64,000 nucleotides of DNA from Chrysemys picta bellii (lineage: Eukaryota). This document shows positions 1 through 12,448 of the stretch, piece after piece. The stretch lies in contig NC_088798.1 in assembly GCF_011386835.1 (NCBI RefSeq), positions 36,952,001 through 37,016,000 of the forward strand, given 5' to 3'. How positions within the stretch are numbered: position 1 is the stretch's first letter; every line of letters starts with the position of its first letter. The notes under the pieces were generated by a model. The model was given only the letters and a program-made list of their open reading frames with translations, made no database searches and was not told the DNA's origin. The translations under genes and the position numbers were made by a program.

Positions 1-239
1 TTCCTAATAAGAGTCAAATGCAATTACTCAAATTAAATGGCCAGAGTAGGGCTAAGTAGCTTTTCCTATTAGCTACTGTGGAAAGACAAATGACCATAGA
101 TGTGGTAAAATGGGAGTGGTGTGAAGAAATGAAATATTTCTTAACTGCACTGTCAACTTTTTTTCTATGAGTTCCTTTTCACAGCCCCAACCAAACTTAA
201 TTAGCATGTGACATCTGTTCATGTGGCCAGGGTATGATC

Positions 240-400
240 CTTGTGACCTGAAATGCTGTCACAGGGGCAGGTGATTTTCTCCATGAAGCAGGCAAATAGG
301 TCTTTAAAGTGAGAGGTGCTAGGTTCTGTGGAAGTATTTGGCCCTACGTACTGCAGCAATGCTACTGGAATCTGAACCCTCACTAAAAAATACCAGAGGG
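240..400 (-). mobile_element. Possible degenerate L2/CR1-clade LINE ORF2 remnant
   Basis: Minus-strand translation TEPSTSHFKDLFACFMEKIT resembles, from memory, the L2-type pre-RT segment (FxxxFxEKI). Weak match. Confidence 0.3.
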
Positions 401-410
401 AGGGACAAAA

Positions 411-770
411 TAAGAACGGCCATACTGAGTCAGACCAAAGGTCCATATAGCCCAGTATCCTGTCTTCCCACAGTGGGCAAGGCCAGGTACTTCAGAGGGA
501 ATGATCAGAACAAGTAATCATTAAGTGATCCATTCCCTGTCACCCATTCCCAGCTTCTGGCAAACATCAGCTAGGACACCATCCCTGCCCATCCTGGCTA
601 ATAGCCATTGATGGTCCTATCCTCCATGAATTTATCTAGTTCTTTTTTTAACCCTGTTATAGTCTTGGCCTTCATAACATCCATTGGCAAACAGTTTCAC
701 AGGTTGACTGTGCATTCTGTGAAAAAAGACTTCCTTTTGTTTATTTTAAACCTGCTGCCTATTAATTGTC
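411..770 (-). mobile_element. CR1 LINE 3' fragment (ORF2 end and 3' UTR)
   Basis: taagaacggccatactgagtcagaccaaaggtccatatagcccagtatcctgtctt...ttcacaggttgactgtgc...ttttaaacctgctgcc matches the reverse complement of a turtle-type CR1 3' end as I recall it. Confidence 0.8.
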
Positions 771-1418
771 TAGTTCAGGGCATCTTAATTTGTGGGAGCA
801 TGACCCTGAAATGGATTCCCAGAGATCAATTGCTGAGTCACACCCCACTTGTTGGGAATCTCCCCCCTTCCAAAAAAAAAAAATCAGTAATATCACACTG
901 GACTTAGCCCCGTAGAAGCCAAGTCAGGAAAGCAAGGAGCAACTCATTTCCTTTCTTCTTTCTGCCTCACCCCTTTGCTTCCCCTTATTGTTCCCTAGCT
1001 AACCCGGTAGTAGCTCCTCAGACCTCCCCCTCTTCCTCCTGTGCGAGTTTACTATTTGTAGTGCTGGGGCAGGCAGGTCTAGGCCAGCCCATAAATAAAG
1101 GCCCACTCCATCAATTAAGGGGGAGGAACCACTGTGTGAATACAGGGGATAAGTGAGAAGCCTTTTATAGCTGTCCATCCCACTAGATCCACCCTGCACA
1201 CTGAGTGCATGCCCCCATCCACACTTCTATACCCATTCTGCCCACAGGAATCCTCGCCTGGCAGCTAAAGTAACCCACGTTTCTTGCTGTGACCCAATGT
1301 CTCGGTCTTCAGAAGGACTGTGTGATTTGAATATAGCACAGTAAAAGAAACCTGCAGGTGGTTTTTGTGTCCTGGGTGGAAAGAAGCTGAATATCAGTGG
1401 TCTAAATGGCAAATGCCT

Positions 1419-1540
1419 GGGACTGAGAGCTAGGGTTCTTGTCTTGCGTCCCTTGCTCTTGCGACTTTTTGCAAGTAAGGAAACCATTTTCTGCCTCAGT
1501 TTAGCCATCTGTAATATGGATCCAATAATGCATATTTCCT
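1419..1540 (+). mobile_element. Degenerate CORE (MIR-like) SINE fragment
   Basis: ctgggactgagagctagggttct...ctgcctcagtttagccatctgtaatatgg contains the CORE motif tgcctcagtttccccatctgtaaaatgg in degenerate form. Confidence 0.6.
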
Positions 1541-2156
1541 GCTCCAGCTACTGTCTTAATTAATTATTGTTTGTACAGTTCCTGGAAATTCTCAGAAAAC
1601 AGGAGTTATTTTGTGTGCAAAGGATTGTCACTATTAATGATAAAATGATACAGCTATATGCTTACTTCTTTTCCCCTCTTTCATTTTATCTCTTAATTTC
1701 TGTTATTCTTCCTTTTCTATCTTCTCTGCAACATATGGGGAGACATCAGTATTCATATTATTGCAGGAAACTTATTTACATAGTCAGTTCAGTGGCAGGA
1801 CATATTACTTAGATTATCCAAGATAAATACTTTTAATTATGTAAATTTCCTATACAATTCACTATGGACAATCCCATCATAATGGGCATTACTTCTGCAC
1901 ACTAAATCTTAATCTTCACCAACTCCGAATTAAATTGTTACAATAAGCATAGATTTTATATAGGAGTTGTACAATTCCCATTGTAAAGTTGCCAGCCTTT
2001 ATATTCAGCAATGTGACAACAGATGTATTGCTAACAAATTTTACTGCCGGTCAAAATTTGTATCAGATATGTAAATGAGATCAAATCCATGCTGGCATAT
2101 TATTTTCAGTTTTTATTAAAAAGTTAAATTGGGATTATCATAAACTCTTTCTTCAG

Positions 2157-2261
2157 GTTCCTTAATAAAAAAATATTACAGTTAAAATCTGATGAGATTT
2201 CCTGGAAGCATTTTTTGAAGGTTGTAACAACAGTAAAGCCAGCAGGCCCAGTGCAGCAAAA
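2157..2261 (+). CDS. Internal (penultimate) coding exon of an unidentified gene, peptide xFLNKKILQLKSDEISWKHFLKVVTTVKPAGPVQQ
   Basis: Acceptor ctctttcttcag|G at 2156/2157 and donor AAA|gtaagt at 2261/2262. The 105 nt are open in one frame, with phase 2 at both ends. Confidence 0.65.
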
Positions 2262-2611
2262 GTAAGTATTTACTGAGCAAGAGATGAATGCTTCTTTCCA
2301 GTTATTTTAATCATTTTATAGTATATGGATTTTCTAAATATATATCTTAAAAAAACACCAGTGGAACCAATGCTTTCTCCGCCAATTTCTGAGTACATCA
2401 CAGTTTGCAAGTATTTTTTTCTTGTGACTCCACAGTCCTTATTGGCTATTCTGTTATTCTATTTATACCATTTTTAGGGCCAAATTCTGCTGCTTATACT
2501 CATACTGGGTATCCTCATACTCAAATCAGTGTAGTAAGGTATGACTAAGTGTGAATACGTGTAGCAGAATATGGCTCTGAGAATTCAATGGAATATTTAA
2601 ATTTTGTCACC

Positions 2612-2908
2612 TGGGGAGGCACAAAGGTCCAATGGAAAGGGCACTGGACAGGGAATCAAGAGATATGGATGCAGTTCCTAGTTCTGCCACTGACCTACTG
2701 TGGGATCTTGGGCAAATCACTTAATCTCTCTGTGCCTCCATTTTCCCTCTTTCCTTTTGTCTGTCTTGTATCTATTAAGATTATAAGATTCTCAGGGCAG
2801 AGATTGGCTCTGACTGTATGTTTGTGCAGTTCCTTGCACAGTACGGCCTCAGTCTCAGTTAGGGCCTCTAGTTACTATCATAATGAAAACAAATGAATTA
2901 ATAATACT
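2612..2908 (+). mobile_element. CORE/MIR-like SINE with L2-type 3' tail
   Basis: tRNA-like head (ggggaggcac...gttcctagttctgccactgac), CORE (ctctgtgcctccattttccc) and L2-like tail (cagggcagagattgg...gcacagtacggcc...gggcctctag...aataata). Confidence 0.7.
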
Positions 2909-3119
2909 AATAATGGTTCAGTTTCTATAGTAGGGTCTTAATAGAGGAAAGGCCTTTCCTTTCAGGACTCTTCATCCTTTAGCAAAGTTCTCTCTTTGCT
3001 TTCTCTGCTGGAGTTGAGAGGCTGGCTTTGTAAATCAGACAAAATTTATCATATAAATAGGAACACACATCTTTGATTATACTGAGTACTGCCTTGTCTA
3101 CAATTTATCCTCTCTGCAG

Positions 3120-3201
3120 TAACGGACCCAACATGATTAAGCAAAGAAATGATAGCTTGTATAGTATGTGTCAGGATAGTAAAAAGATATTTTGCATCTA
3201 A
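3120..3201 (+). CDS. Terminal coding exon of the same unidentified gene, peptide (N)NGPNMIKQRNDSLYSMCQDSKKIFCI*
   Basis: Acceptor tttatcctctctgcag|T at 3119/3120. The first base completes AA|T from the upstream exon. Stop TAA at 3199-3201, with AATAAA at 3260-3265. Confidence 0.55.
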
Positions 3202-3575
3202 CTAGGAGATGATCATCAACAAAACAATGAAAATCCAGAAGAAAAATATCTGAATATACAATAAACAAGATACCCTGTTGCTGCCTTATATGACATTGTT
3301 GCTCCTCTTGTTCATACTACTGTAACAAATGCCGTTGTAACCAGCAATATCGTAATTTTAGAAAGCTGTCATACTTCTTTTAATTATATGAATATTTTTA
3401 AGATATGTTCAAATGTTCTATTACCAGACAATCTGGTCAGTAATGCCAGCAGCCTTTTTGATTTTGGTGGGAAACATCACATTCCACCACTGTAATCTCC
3501 CAAATTGTAGAGCTGTATGGGATATTTCTCAGAGATGTTAAAAACACTGCTGTTTTGATGAATAACAATACTTAA

Positions 3576-3766
3576 CTCCTACAAAGCACTTGAAATCTCA
3601 AAGTACTTCACAAAGATGGACCGGTGTCATTATCCTCATTATACAGACAGGGAAACTCAGGCATACAGAAATTTAGTGAGTTGCCCAAGGTCACACAAGA
3701 AGTCCATTTCAGTGCAGAAATACAGCTGAGATTTTTCAACTCCACATTCCGTGCTTTACCTACTGC
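3576..3766 (-). mobile_element. CORE/MIR-like SINE
   Basis: cattatcctcattatacagacagggaaactcaggca...gttgcccaaggtcacacaag is the reverse complement of the CORE domain. Confidence 0.75.
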
Positions 3767-3812
3767 TGCTGCTTTTTGCCTTTGACATTAACACACACAA
3801 TGTGCTACTGCA

Positions 3813-4635
3813 ACAGAATTACATACAATGGTCACAATACGGGAATGTGCTTTGATGATGGAAAATGTAGATACCACAACAAACAGTGCAGCTAAGTATC
3901 CCAATTTTTGAGTTAGATCATGTATGATATTTACCAACTTGTCATGTCTCTGGTCATTTCTGGGTCTGGTCTCACTAACTAGACATTCTTTGCGTCGCAT
4001 GATGAAATTCTGTGCTAAAATTCAGATGATAGGGAGTCCTGGCAGTTTTCCTATAGATGTGCCTTTGATGGAAAGAGCAATTCTATAATAAGCCCATGAT
4101 GAAAAACCCATCAATTGACTTAGTACCACATTGCCATGGCAACAATGTAATGTTAATGAAATTGTGACAGTTTATGGAACTTTATAAAATGGGCTGCCTA
4201 AAAGGAGGAATCTTACTGGTCACCAAATATTTCAAACCATGATAATAATATTATAACCACATGCATTGTGACTTGTTAGAGTAATTTTAAATACATTTAT
4301 TTTTGCAAGAGCAACATCACCCTATAAGAAGTAAGATTATACAGGAAAATCTGCTCTTTTAAGTGCTTGATGGCACCTAGACTTCAGCTTTGTACTGTGT
4401 CACTATTACAGAATTACATACAATGGTCACAATACAGGAATGTGCTTTGATGATGGCAAATGTAGATACCACAACAAACAGTGCAGCTAAGTATCCCAAT
4501 TTTTGAATTAGATCTTGACATGTATGATGTTTACTAACTTCTGTCATGTTTCTGGTCATTGCTGGGTCTGGTCTCACTAACTAGACATTCTTTGCATCGT
4601 ATGATTAAATTCTGTGCTAAAATTCAGATGATAGG
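3813..4635 (+). repeat. Local direct duplication of about 220 bp (copy 1 3813-4033, copy 2 4408-4635)
   Basis: Both copies read acagaattacatacaatggtcacaatac...ataccacaacaaacagtgcagctaagtatcccaatttttga...tctgtgctaaaattcagatgatagg, with scattered substitutions and small indels. Confidence 0.9.
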
Positions 4636-6035
4636 AAGGGATTGACTGCCCATCCATGTCCCACTGCCAGAAGAAGTATGAATGTTTCTGAAAAGTCAGA
4701 GGAAATCTTCAAATTTGTCTGTGGTCACGCTTTTCCAAAATGTTACCCACTCGTTAGCTGCCAGGTCAGCTGAGTCGCTGTGCCAGGCTTTTATCCCTGG
4801 AGGCCGTCTGCTCTTCCATATAAAGTAATATGAGTCATTTGGCTACAAGTACTGCTCTAGAGAACCAAGCTTTCTGTGAGTTGATTAATTCCTACCAGAT
4901 GGAAGCTGAGATGTTGCTCTCCTTTCCCCTCCCTGTTCCCTTCCTTCCTTTCCTTTTTTGTTTCTCTCTTATTTTTTTGTGGGGGGGGGGGGAGGTTGGA
5001 GGGGAAATCAATTATAGATAGATAGATTAGATAAAGAATTAAGATCTTCTGGCAATCACAAATTTTGTCATATGTTGTAATTGCTTGTTTAATCAATTAC
5101 AGAAATCTATAAAATAGACTAATCTGGCATTTTACCACTTTATGTATAATGATAACCACTGGGTAGAGTTGGTTGAAACTTTTTGTACAGAAGCTTTTGC
5201 ATCAAAAAAGTCATTTTGTCAAAATCCAAACATTTTGCCGAAATGTGCCAATTCTGACAAAATTTTTGACTGAAAAAGGTTTTGTTGGTGGCAGCAGCAG
5301 TGATCCCTATTTCTCTCTCCTCTCACCCCCTATCTTCATGCACATTCTACCTATCATCAGAGTGTGACACAGGACAAAGTAGCAGCGAGAAGCTGTGAGG
5401 GACCCAGGAAAAGTGGTGGTGGTAATGGGAATAGTCCCTCCTGCAGGAAATTCCGAGGTCAATGTTTCATTTTGATTTGGAATGGAACAAACTGTGGAAC
5501 ACTCGGAATTTCCAAGGGGATAGAAATTTCCTTTTCAGGCCATCGTTACCGCTTGTCAATTTTTGTTCTCTTTTTTTTCTCACAGCAAAACTTTCATTTT
5601 TTTATGTACATGCTGCAACCTTTCCTCATTGTTTTCACCTTGGAAATAAAGGGTAAAATTCATAATTCCCCACAGAGCCAATATTATGGGACTTAAGCCA
5701 GAGCCAGCAGGTGAAGCCATAAGCAGTGAAGTCCATGAGGGCTGAGGATGTGAAGTCCAATCCCTTTCAAACTGGGGCCAGGGCATGGCACTGTAGCACA
5801 GCCCTCCACAGCAATCACTGCTCTGTCCCATGGGTTTGAATAATGGCTGCAATCTTTCATGTTACTCATGCTGAGGCCACTGTATTTACACAATCATGAA
5901 ACTTGGGACCCTCCTTATTCCTATCCCTGACCTGCTGTCCACACTGTTATTTGAGAGGTTGGTGCAGTGCCAAATCTACAACATAAAGGGCCCTGTGTCT
6001 GGGGTGAATTGCACCCAAAATATATAGGGATAGGG

Positions 6036-6250
6036 ATAATAATACCTAGCTTTTATATAGTGCTTTTCATCCATAGACCTTAAAGCTCTTTCCAAAGGAG
6101 GTCAATGTTATTATCCCCATTTTACATATGGGTAAACTGAGGCACAGGGAGGGAGGTGACTTGCCCAAGGTCACCCAGCAAAGCAGGGACAGAACCAGAA
6201 ATTGAACCCAGGTCTTCTGAATCCCAGTCCAGTGCTCTATCCCCTAAGTG
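6036..6250 (-). mobile_element. CORE/MIR-like SINE, near full length
   Basis: aataatacctagctttt...attatccccattttacatatgggtaaactgaggcacag...cttgcccaaggtcacccagc...gaacccaggtcttctgaatcccagtcc. Confidence 0.85.
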
Positions 6251-8289
6251 CTCCATCTTCAGTCTATAAAACTTGCTCCTGATTTTGAATCTATACCAGA
6301 CGATTAGTAAAGATAAATGTTGAAAATGTCCACAGCAGTAAACTGAAATAATGTGAAAAAAGAATCTTGTAGTGAATACACCTTCCACCCCAAAATCAAA
6401 TATTCAACTTGGATATGTGTACTATACATATGACAGTGAATTCCGCTCCAGAAGTCTGAGACCACAAATACATATTTAACAATAATAATATTGGGATATT
6501 AAGTAATACATAATGTATTTCAATATTGCTCCATTTGGTAACAGCCGGCTCCAAAACCTATTAAAGTCAATGTGAGTCTTTCCATTAACTTTAATAGGCT
6601 TGGATCAGTCCTTACTATGGGTTCTTTTAAAAAGCTGAAATATTTTGGAGGAGTTGGAAAAAGGAAGAAGTTAATAAAGCTTTGTTGTCTCTAAGGCTTG
6701 TGGGAAAGCTCTGCATTGAATTTATGAGTTGATAAAAATAATTTAACTTAATATCTATTTTGCATTGGATGGCAGTTTTATTAAGCAGAACCAACAGCCA
6801 GCATTATTCAGGGTTGTAACTAGCTCATTAAAAATGATCTCATTTTCCTTAATTTTAATTTAACTCTTAGACTAAGCCTTGCTGGAATGGCTAAAATGGT
6901 TACAGTTAGGCTTTTAAAGAATTTAAACACTATGGAAGCATAAGTCTTCAGAAAGGTAAGTGCAATATTGCTGTATGCTTGTTGTTAAAATACTGCTAAT
7001 GTCAGAGCTTCTGCAAGACATTTAGGTGAAGTTCCAGACAGTCCAATTTAGGAATTACAGCATCACTTTTAATTGCTTATTGTCTTTGATGTAACATTTC
7101 TGTGCCCTTGTTTCATAAAATGTAAATGATGATGAATCCTTGCTTTACTTCCAAGTCTGCATATATACCCCTTAAAAAAGTACATGGCAAAGCATCTTGC
7201 CAAGGGCACTGATGAAGAAATCTGACAAGAAGAAATATTTCTCAGACATCCAGTGATGGAGATGAAGACACCAATCATGTTAAATTATTCTCTAATGAAA
7301 ATACTATGCAAACTGTGGCATCTAAACAGATGTTAGCAGGATATTATAGATGCTAAACCTCACCTAATAGGCTTAATCTCTGGGTTATTCTCAATGACCA
7401 AAGCAATGAAACTAGCATGAATTCTTTAAATGTATGGTATTTAACATTAAGGAAGTAAGGAGTGTATATTTACCAATGCATGCTGGGGATAGGTCTAGCT
7501 ATGCTGCGGTTTATTGCCCTTTGATGTATCTTGAACAATCCTAAGGGCACCTTGGGTTGTGTTTCATATATTCCACTGAGATCATTACAGCAATGTAGAA
7601 TAATTCCTTGGCCCAAAATTTCAAAGGTGCCTCAATCTTCCCTTTAAATAAACACCTGTAATTTTTTTAATGCACAAACAGCACTAGTTGCTTAGCTATT
7701 TGATTTGCTCATGCTAGTGCTGCTTACATTTGCAGATTTTGGGGGTTGCAAATTTAGATGCTATATTTGAATGCATGACCCATAGGAAAGGAAAGGAAGA
7801 ACCCCACATGAACAATTTAATATTGACAAACACATTCTTTTCAGGTTAACATGTAATAAATGAATGTTCTAAAGGCTTTGTTTACCATAGGATGTCACTG
7901 TGTGTAGTTGTGAGCCACAAAAAATAACTATTTTTTTATTTTTCATTATTTAATATTCCCCAGAACTTCTCCAGAACAGTACAAAAAGTCAGATACTCTT
8001 ATGAAAGCATCCTGTTTATGAAATCTTTTCTCCGAAATTCTGATCCTTTTTTATTCAGTCACAATATTATTTATTCGGCTATCAGGATGTACAGGGCAGT
8101 GCTGAAAAGCATTAATTATGCTGTTATCCAAAGATAATTTGATAGTCTGTAAGTATATTTTACTATCACAATGGTTTCAGCCATTATGGTCCCACTTGAA
8201 GTTATGACTTGAAATATCTTATGTTATTCATGTTTTCCCTATATTGGTTTCACAATATATGTTTACATACATGTTAAAAACATAGTGTG

Positions 8290-8810
8290 GTGTGCAGCTG
8301 TGTTACTTTGTTCTGTGATCTCATCAGATTCCACAAGGTAGGATAGGTCAGTAATTGGATGGGACATCTCTGATGAACGCCTAGGTTCTGTCGGAAGTAA
8401 TTCTGGTGGTGACTCAGTAGGTGACACTCCCCTGTCTGAGTCAGTACTACTGGGCCAATGCATCAGCATTGTACTGTAGTGAGCTAATCTGCTGGAAGTG
8501 CTGATCTTCAGATAAGCTAAGGTTCTGATCTAATGAGGTCATTAAAAATTCCATGTCACTTTTCACAAATGTTAACCCCTCGGGTTCTCTTTACATTCTG
8601 ACTGGGACAATTACATTCTAGCTGCTTGAATACCCTAGGCAATCTCAGTTGTCCATGGCACTGTTTTCTTCACTCCCTAAAATGTTGCCTGGTGTTGCTG
8701 TTACTTTCTTTCATCCAGATGTGTCTGCATTTCACTGGTTGATGATGTGATTCCTGTGCAGAGTTTGGAAAGTGCTTTGGGATCCTTCAGGATGAAAAGC
8801 ATTAAATAAT
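8290..8810 (+). mobile_element. AmnSINE1 (5S rRNA-derived Deu-SINE), near full length
   Basis: 5S-like head (gatctcatcagattccacaag; ggtcagtaattggatggga), body (ggtgactcagtaggtgacact...ctgagtcagtact), Deu domain (gaggtcattaaaaattccatgtcacttttc...gttaacccc) and tail (aagtgctttgggatccttcaggatgaaaagc) are colinear with the AmnSINE1 consensus as I recall it. Confidence 0.8.
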
Positions 8811-10820
8811 ACAACACGTTGGACTAGATTTTATTCAGGATTTACCCCAGCATAGCCTCTGGTGGAGGTCTCAGGTGAAGGGGTGGGGGACAGTCTGCCA
8901 GAAGAAAAGGATGAAGTGGTGGAAAGTCTCATTTATACCCTGGAGGTAATAAAGGGCCAGTGGAATCCAAAAAGTGGGTGGCACTCACTGGAAAAAGGGT
9001 CTAGTTAGGTAGCCGCAGAGCACACTTATTCAGAGCTTCTCCTTAGTGACTCCCACTGATTAAACTTCAGTGGAAGCCTGGTGGAAATTAAAGCTGCCAC
9101 ATCTCTGGTAGGGATAGTGATGTGTGAGGGCAGAATTAATATCACTTATCCTGTGTGGAGGTGAATCACTCCAGGAGCACAAAGGGCTTAACTGGCTCCG
9201 GAAGGTGTAATTTACACCTTCCCATACCACTGTGCTAGATTCATTGTTATTCATTATTTGATGCAGAGAAAATTAATGTCGAGTGAGTGGCTTATAAAAT
9301 TGATATAAGGGCTCAGTCCTCATTTGTGGTAGCTGACGTATGGGGAGAAAGTGGCTTTAAACCTCCTTTCTGATCCCCTGATCCTGAGCCAGTCAGAGGC
9401 TGAAACAACTCCCAGTGCAACATAGAGAAGCTTCAGGGTGACAGGGATATTAATATGTAAAAGCATGACGGTTAACAGAGAACAAAGGAGAGCTGGCCCT
9501 ACTGTGGGTGATGTGGAGATGCTAATTTGGGGTGATAAAACACAAAGATGGACAGGGAATACAATTATGTGGATATGCCTTGGTAAATTCTAAAAATGGA
9601 AGAGGAAAAAGCAGGAAGTGGAGCTGTCTAAAACATAGAATAGAATCCTGAATGGTTTGGGATACAGGCAATAAATATGGCATGTACAATACTGGGAACA
9701 TCACTTGTGGGTGAGATAAGAAGCCAGGCATGTCAAATAAACCTGTGAATCAGGTTTAGTGGGACATGATCCAGCCCACATGATTCCTAAGCCTGTGTGT
9801 CTTTGCAAGGCCAATCTTCGGAAAGGTAAGAAGTCAATCTCTAAAACTGTATTATATTTGTCATTCTATTTAGATAAACTTTGGGCCAGATCTTTGGGTG
9901 CTAAAGCTCCACTGAGGCTAATAGAACTATGTAGATTTATACCAGCTGAGGAGCTCACCTGTCCCACAGACATATGGGAAATCACCTGGGCCCACTGATG
10001 AGAACTGAGTTTTAGAGGCATAAGGTAGCATAGCTTTAGTGAACTGGGCTTATTCGTAATACTCTTACAACATGTCTATGTCACAATTTTAAAGTGTGAT
10101 AAATTTTGCCCTTGAAGAAACAACTGTATCACAATTAAAATACTCAAAGAGCTATAATGTCAGGCTCTGTGGTTTAGCTTTTCTTTGTATAACACTCCTG
10201 CACAAACCAACACCATTTGCCTCTATGAGAGAAAGGGCTTAGCTACAAAGAGAATTATAGATGGGGTGCAGTGATATATTCAGAAATAATTCTACTGATG
10301 GTTTCTCCTTCCTCTTCTGATGTATGGAGTCACTGGACTCCAAGATTATTTTTCTCCTCTGTGTCACTTCAGCTAATTGTTTTTGTAGTTTTAAGACTAT
10401 GAATCCAAGAACAAAATTATATTATATTGAAAATGTTGAAATTATCCCCCCTCATAACAACAAAGCAATTATTTTGTTTTCTGAGAGAAAACTGATATGA
10501 AATTGTCTTTCTGTTATTGAGGCAGATTAAGAATTGCCGTTTTTTCTAATGCTCAAACATATATATATCTCAAGCTTCTTTAAAGAAGCCACAATGAACC
10601 ATCCTGATGTCAGTTAATGCCTTTAAACAACTACGACCTTTTGTTGTGTGTCTGACTAACAATTGTTAATATATTACACATGCTACATAACACCCTTGTC
10701 CTTCCATGATAATCAGTGCAGTTTCCAAGACTGTCTCATCACAACATGTACTCAGAGTGGTTGATCTCATCCAGAGGTGAGTGGCTCCAGAAGATCCTTT
10801 TGAGCTTTTGATCCTTTTTG

Positions 10821-12358
10821 AATGCTAATGGGAAGGGGGTAGGTTTAGCAGATAAAATAAAAAAAGAACAAGTTAAAAATCACTTAGAAAAGTTAGAAGC
10901 CTGCAAGTCACCAGGGCCTGATGAAATGCATCCTAGAATACTCAAGGAGCTAATAGAGGAGGTATCTGAGCCTCTAGCTATTATCTTTGGAAAATCATGG
11001 GAGACGGGAGAGATTCCAGAAGACTGGAAAAGGGCAAATATAGTGCCCATCTATAAAAAGGGAAATAAAAACAACCCAGGAAACTACAGACCAGTTAGTT
11101 TAACTTCTGTGCCAGGGAAGATAATGGAGCAAGTAATTAAGGAAATCATCTGCAAACACTTGGAAGGTGGTAAGGTGATAGGGAACAGCCAGCATGGATT
11201 TGTGAAGAACAAATCATGTCAAACCAATCTGATAGCTTTCTTTGATAGGATAACAAGCCTTGTGGATAAGGGTGAAGCTGTGGATGTGGTATACCTAGAC
11301 TTTAGTAAGGCATTTGATACAGTCTCGCATGATATTCTTATCGATAAACTAGGCAAATACAATTTAGATGGGGCTACTATAAGCTGGGTGCATAACTGGC
11401 TGGATAACCATACTCAGAGAGTTGTTGATAATGGTTCCCAATCCTGCTGGAAAGGCATAACGAGTGGGGTACCGCAGGGGTCTGTTTTGGGACCGGCGCT
11501 GTTCAATATCTTCATCAACGACTTAGATATTGGCATAGAAAGTACCTTATTAAGTTTGCGGATGATACCAAACTGGGAGGGATTGCAACTGCTTTGGAGG
11601 ACAGGGTCATAATTCAAAATGATCTGGACAAATTGGAGAAATGGGCTGAGGTAAACAGGATGAAGTTTAACAAAGACAAATGCAAAGTGCTCCACCTAGG
11701 AAGGAAAAATCAGTTTCACACATACAGAATGGGAAGAGACTGTCTAGGAAGGAGTACGGCAGAAAGGGATCTAGGGGTTATAGTGGACCACAAGCTAAAT
11801 ATGAGTCAACAGTGTGATGCTGTTGCAAAAAAAGCAAACATGATTCTGGGATGTATTAACAGGTGTGTTATGAGCAAGACACGAGAAGTCATTCTTCCGC
11901 TCTACTCTGCTCTGGTTAGGCCTCAGCTGGAGTACTGTGTCCAGTTCTGGGCACCGCATTTTAAAAAAGATGTGGAGAAATTGGAAAGGGTCCAGAGAAG
12001 AGCAACAAGAATGATTAAAGGTCTTGAGAACATGACCTATGAAGGAAGGCTGAAAGAATTGGGTTTGTTTAGTTTGGAAAAGAGAAGACTGAGAGGGGAC
12101 ATGATAGCAGTTTTCAGGTATTTAAAAGGGTGTCATAAGGAGGAGGGAGAAAACTTGTTCACCTTAGCTTCTAAGGATAGAACCAGAAGCAATGGGTTTA
12201 AACTGCAGCAAGGGAGGTCTAGGTTGGACATTAGGAAAAAGTTCCTAACTGTCAGGGTGGTTAAACACTGGAATAAATTGCCTAGGGAGGTTGTGGAATC
12301 TCCATCTCTGGAGATATTTAAGAGTAGGTTAGATAAATGTCTATCAGGGATGGTCTAG
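10821..12358 (+). pseudogene. CR1 ORF2 reverse transcriptase, 5'-truncated and broken by one frameshift near 11546
   Basis: ORFs 10818-11612 and 11594-12358 join into one RT if 1 nt is restored in gaaagtaccttattaag (expected ESTLIK). FADD at 11555-11566 is in frame with the downstream ORF. Confidence 0.92.
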
Positions 12359-12448
12359 ACAGTATTTGGTCCTGCCATGCGGGCAGGGGACTGGACTCGA
12401 TGACCTCTCGAGGTCCCTTCCAGTCCTAGAATCTATGAATCTATTAAT
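10821..12448 (+). mobile_element. 5'-truncated CR1 LINE (RT part of ORF2 plus 3' UTR)
   Basis: RT motifs [50 protein letters not shown] and LVRPQLEYCVQFWAP. Terminal repeat aatctatg-aatctatt at 12430-12445. Candidate TSD ctttttg at 10814-10820 and 12449-12455. Confidence 0.97.

Noticed and set aside
2157-3201. Naming the left gene as an AAA+ ATPase (SPATA5L1, SPATA5, NVL, KATNAL2)
   Set aside because: Only the short HFLKxxxTVKP similarity supports it, and the C-termini I recall for those proteins do not match. No symbol assigned.
8317-8365. 5S rRNA gene
   Set aside because: The 5S-like sequence is degenerate and continues into AmnSINE1 body, Deu and tail sequence, so it is a SINE head.
11414-11695. 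93-aa minus-strand ORF
   Set aside because: Antisense shadow of the CR1 RT.
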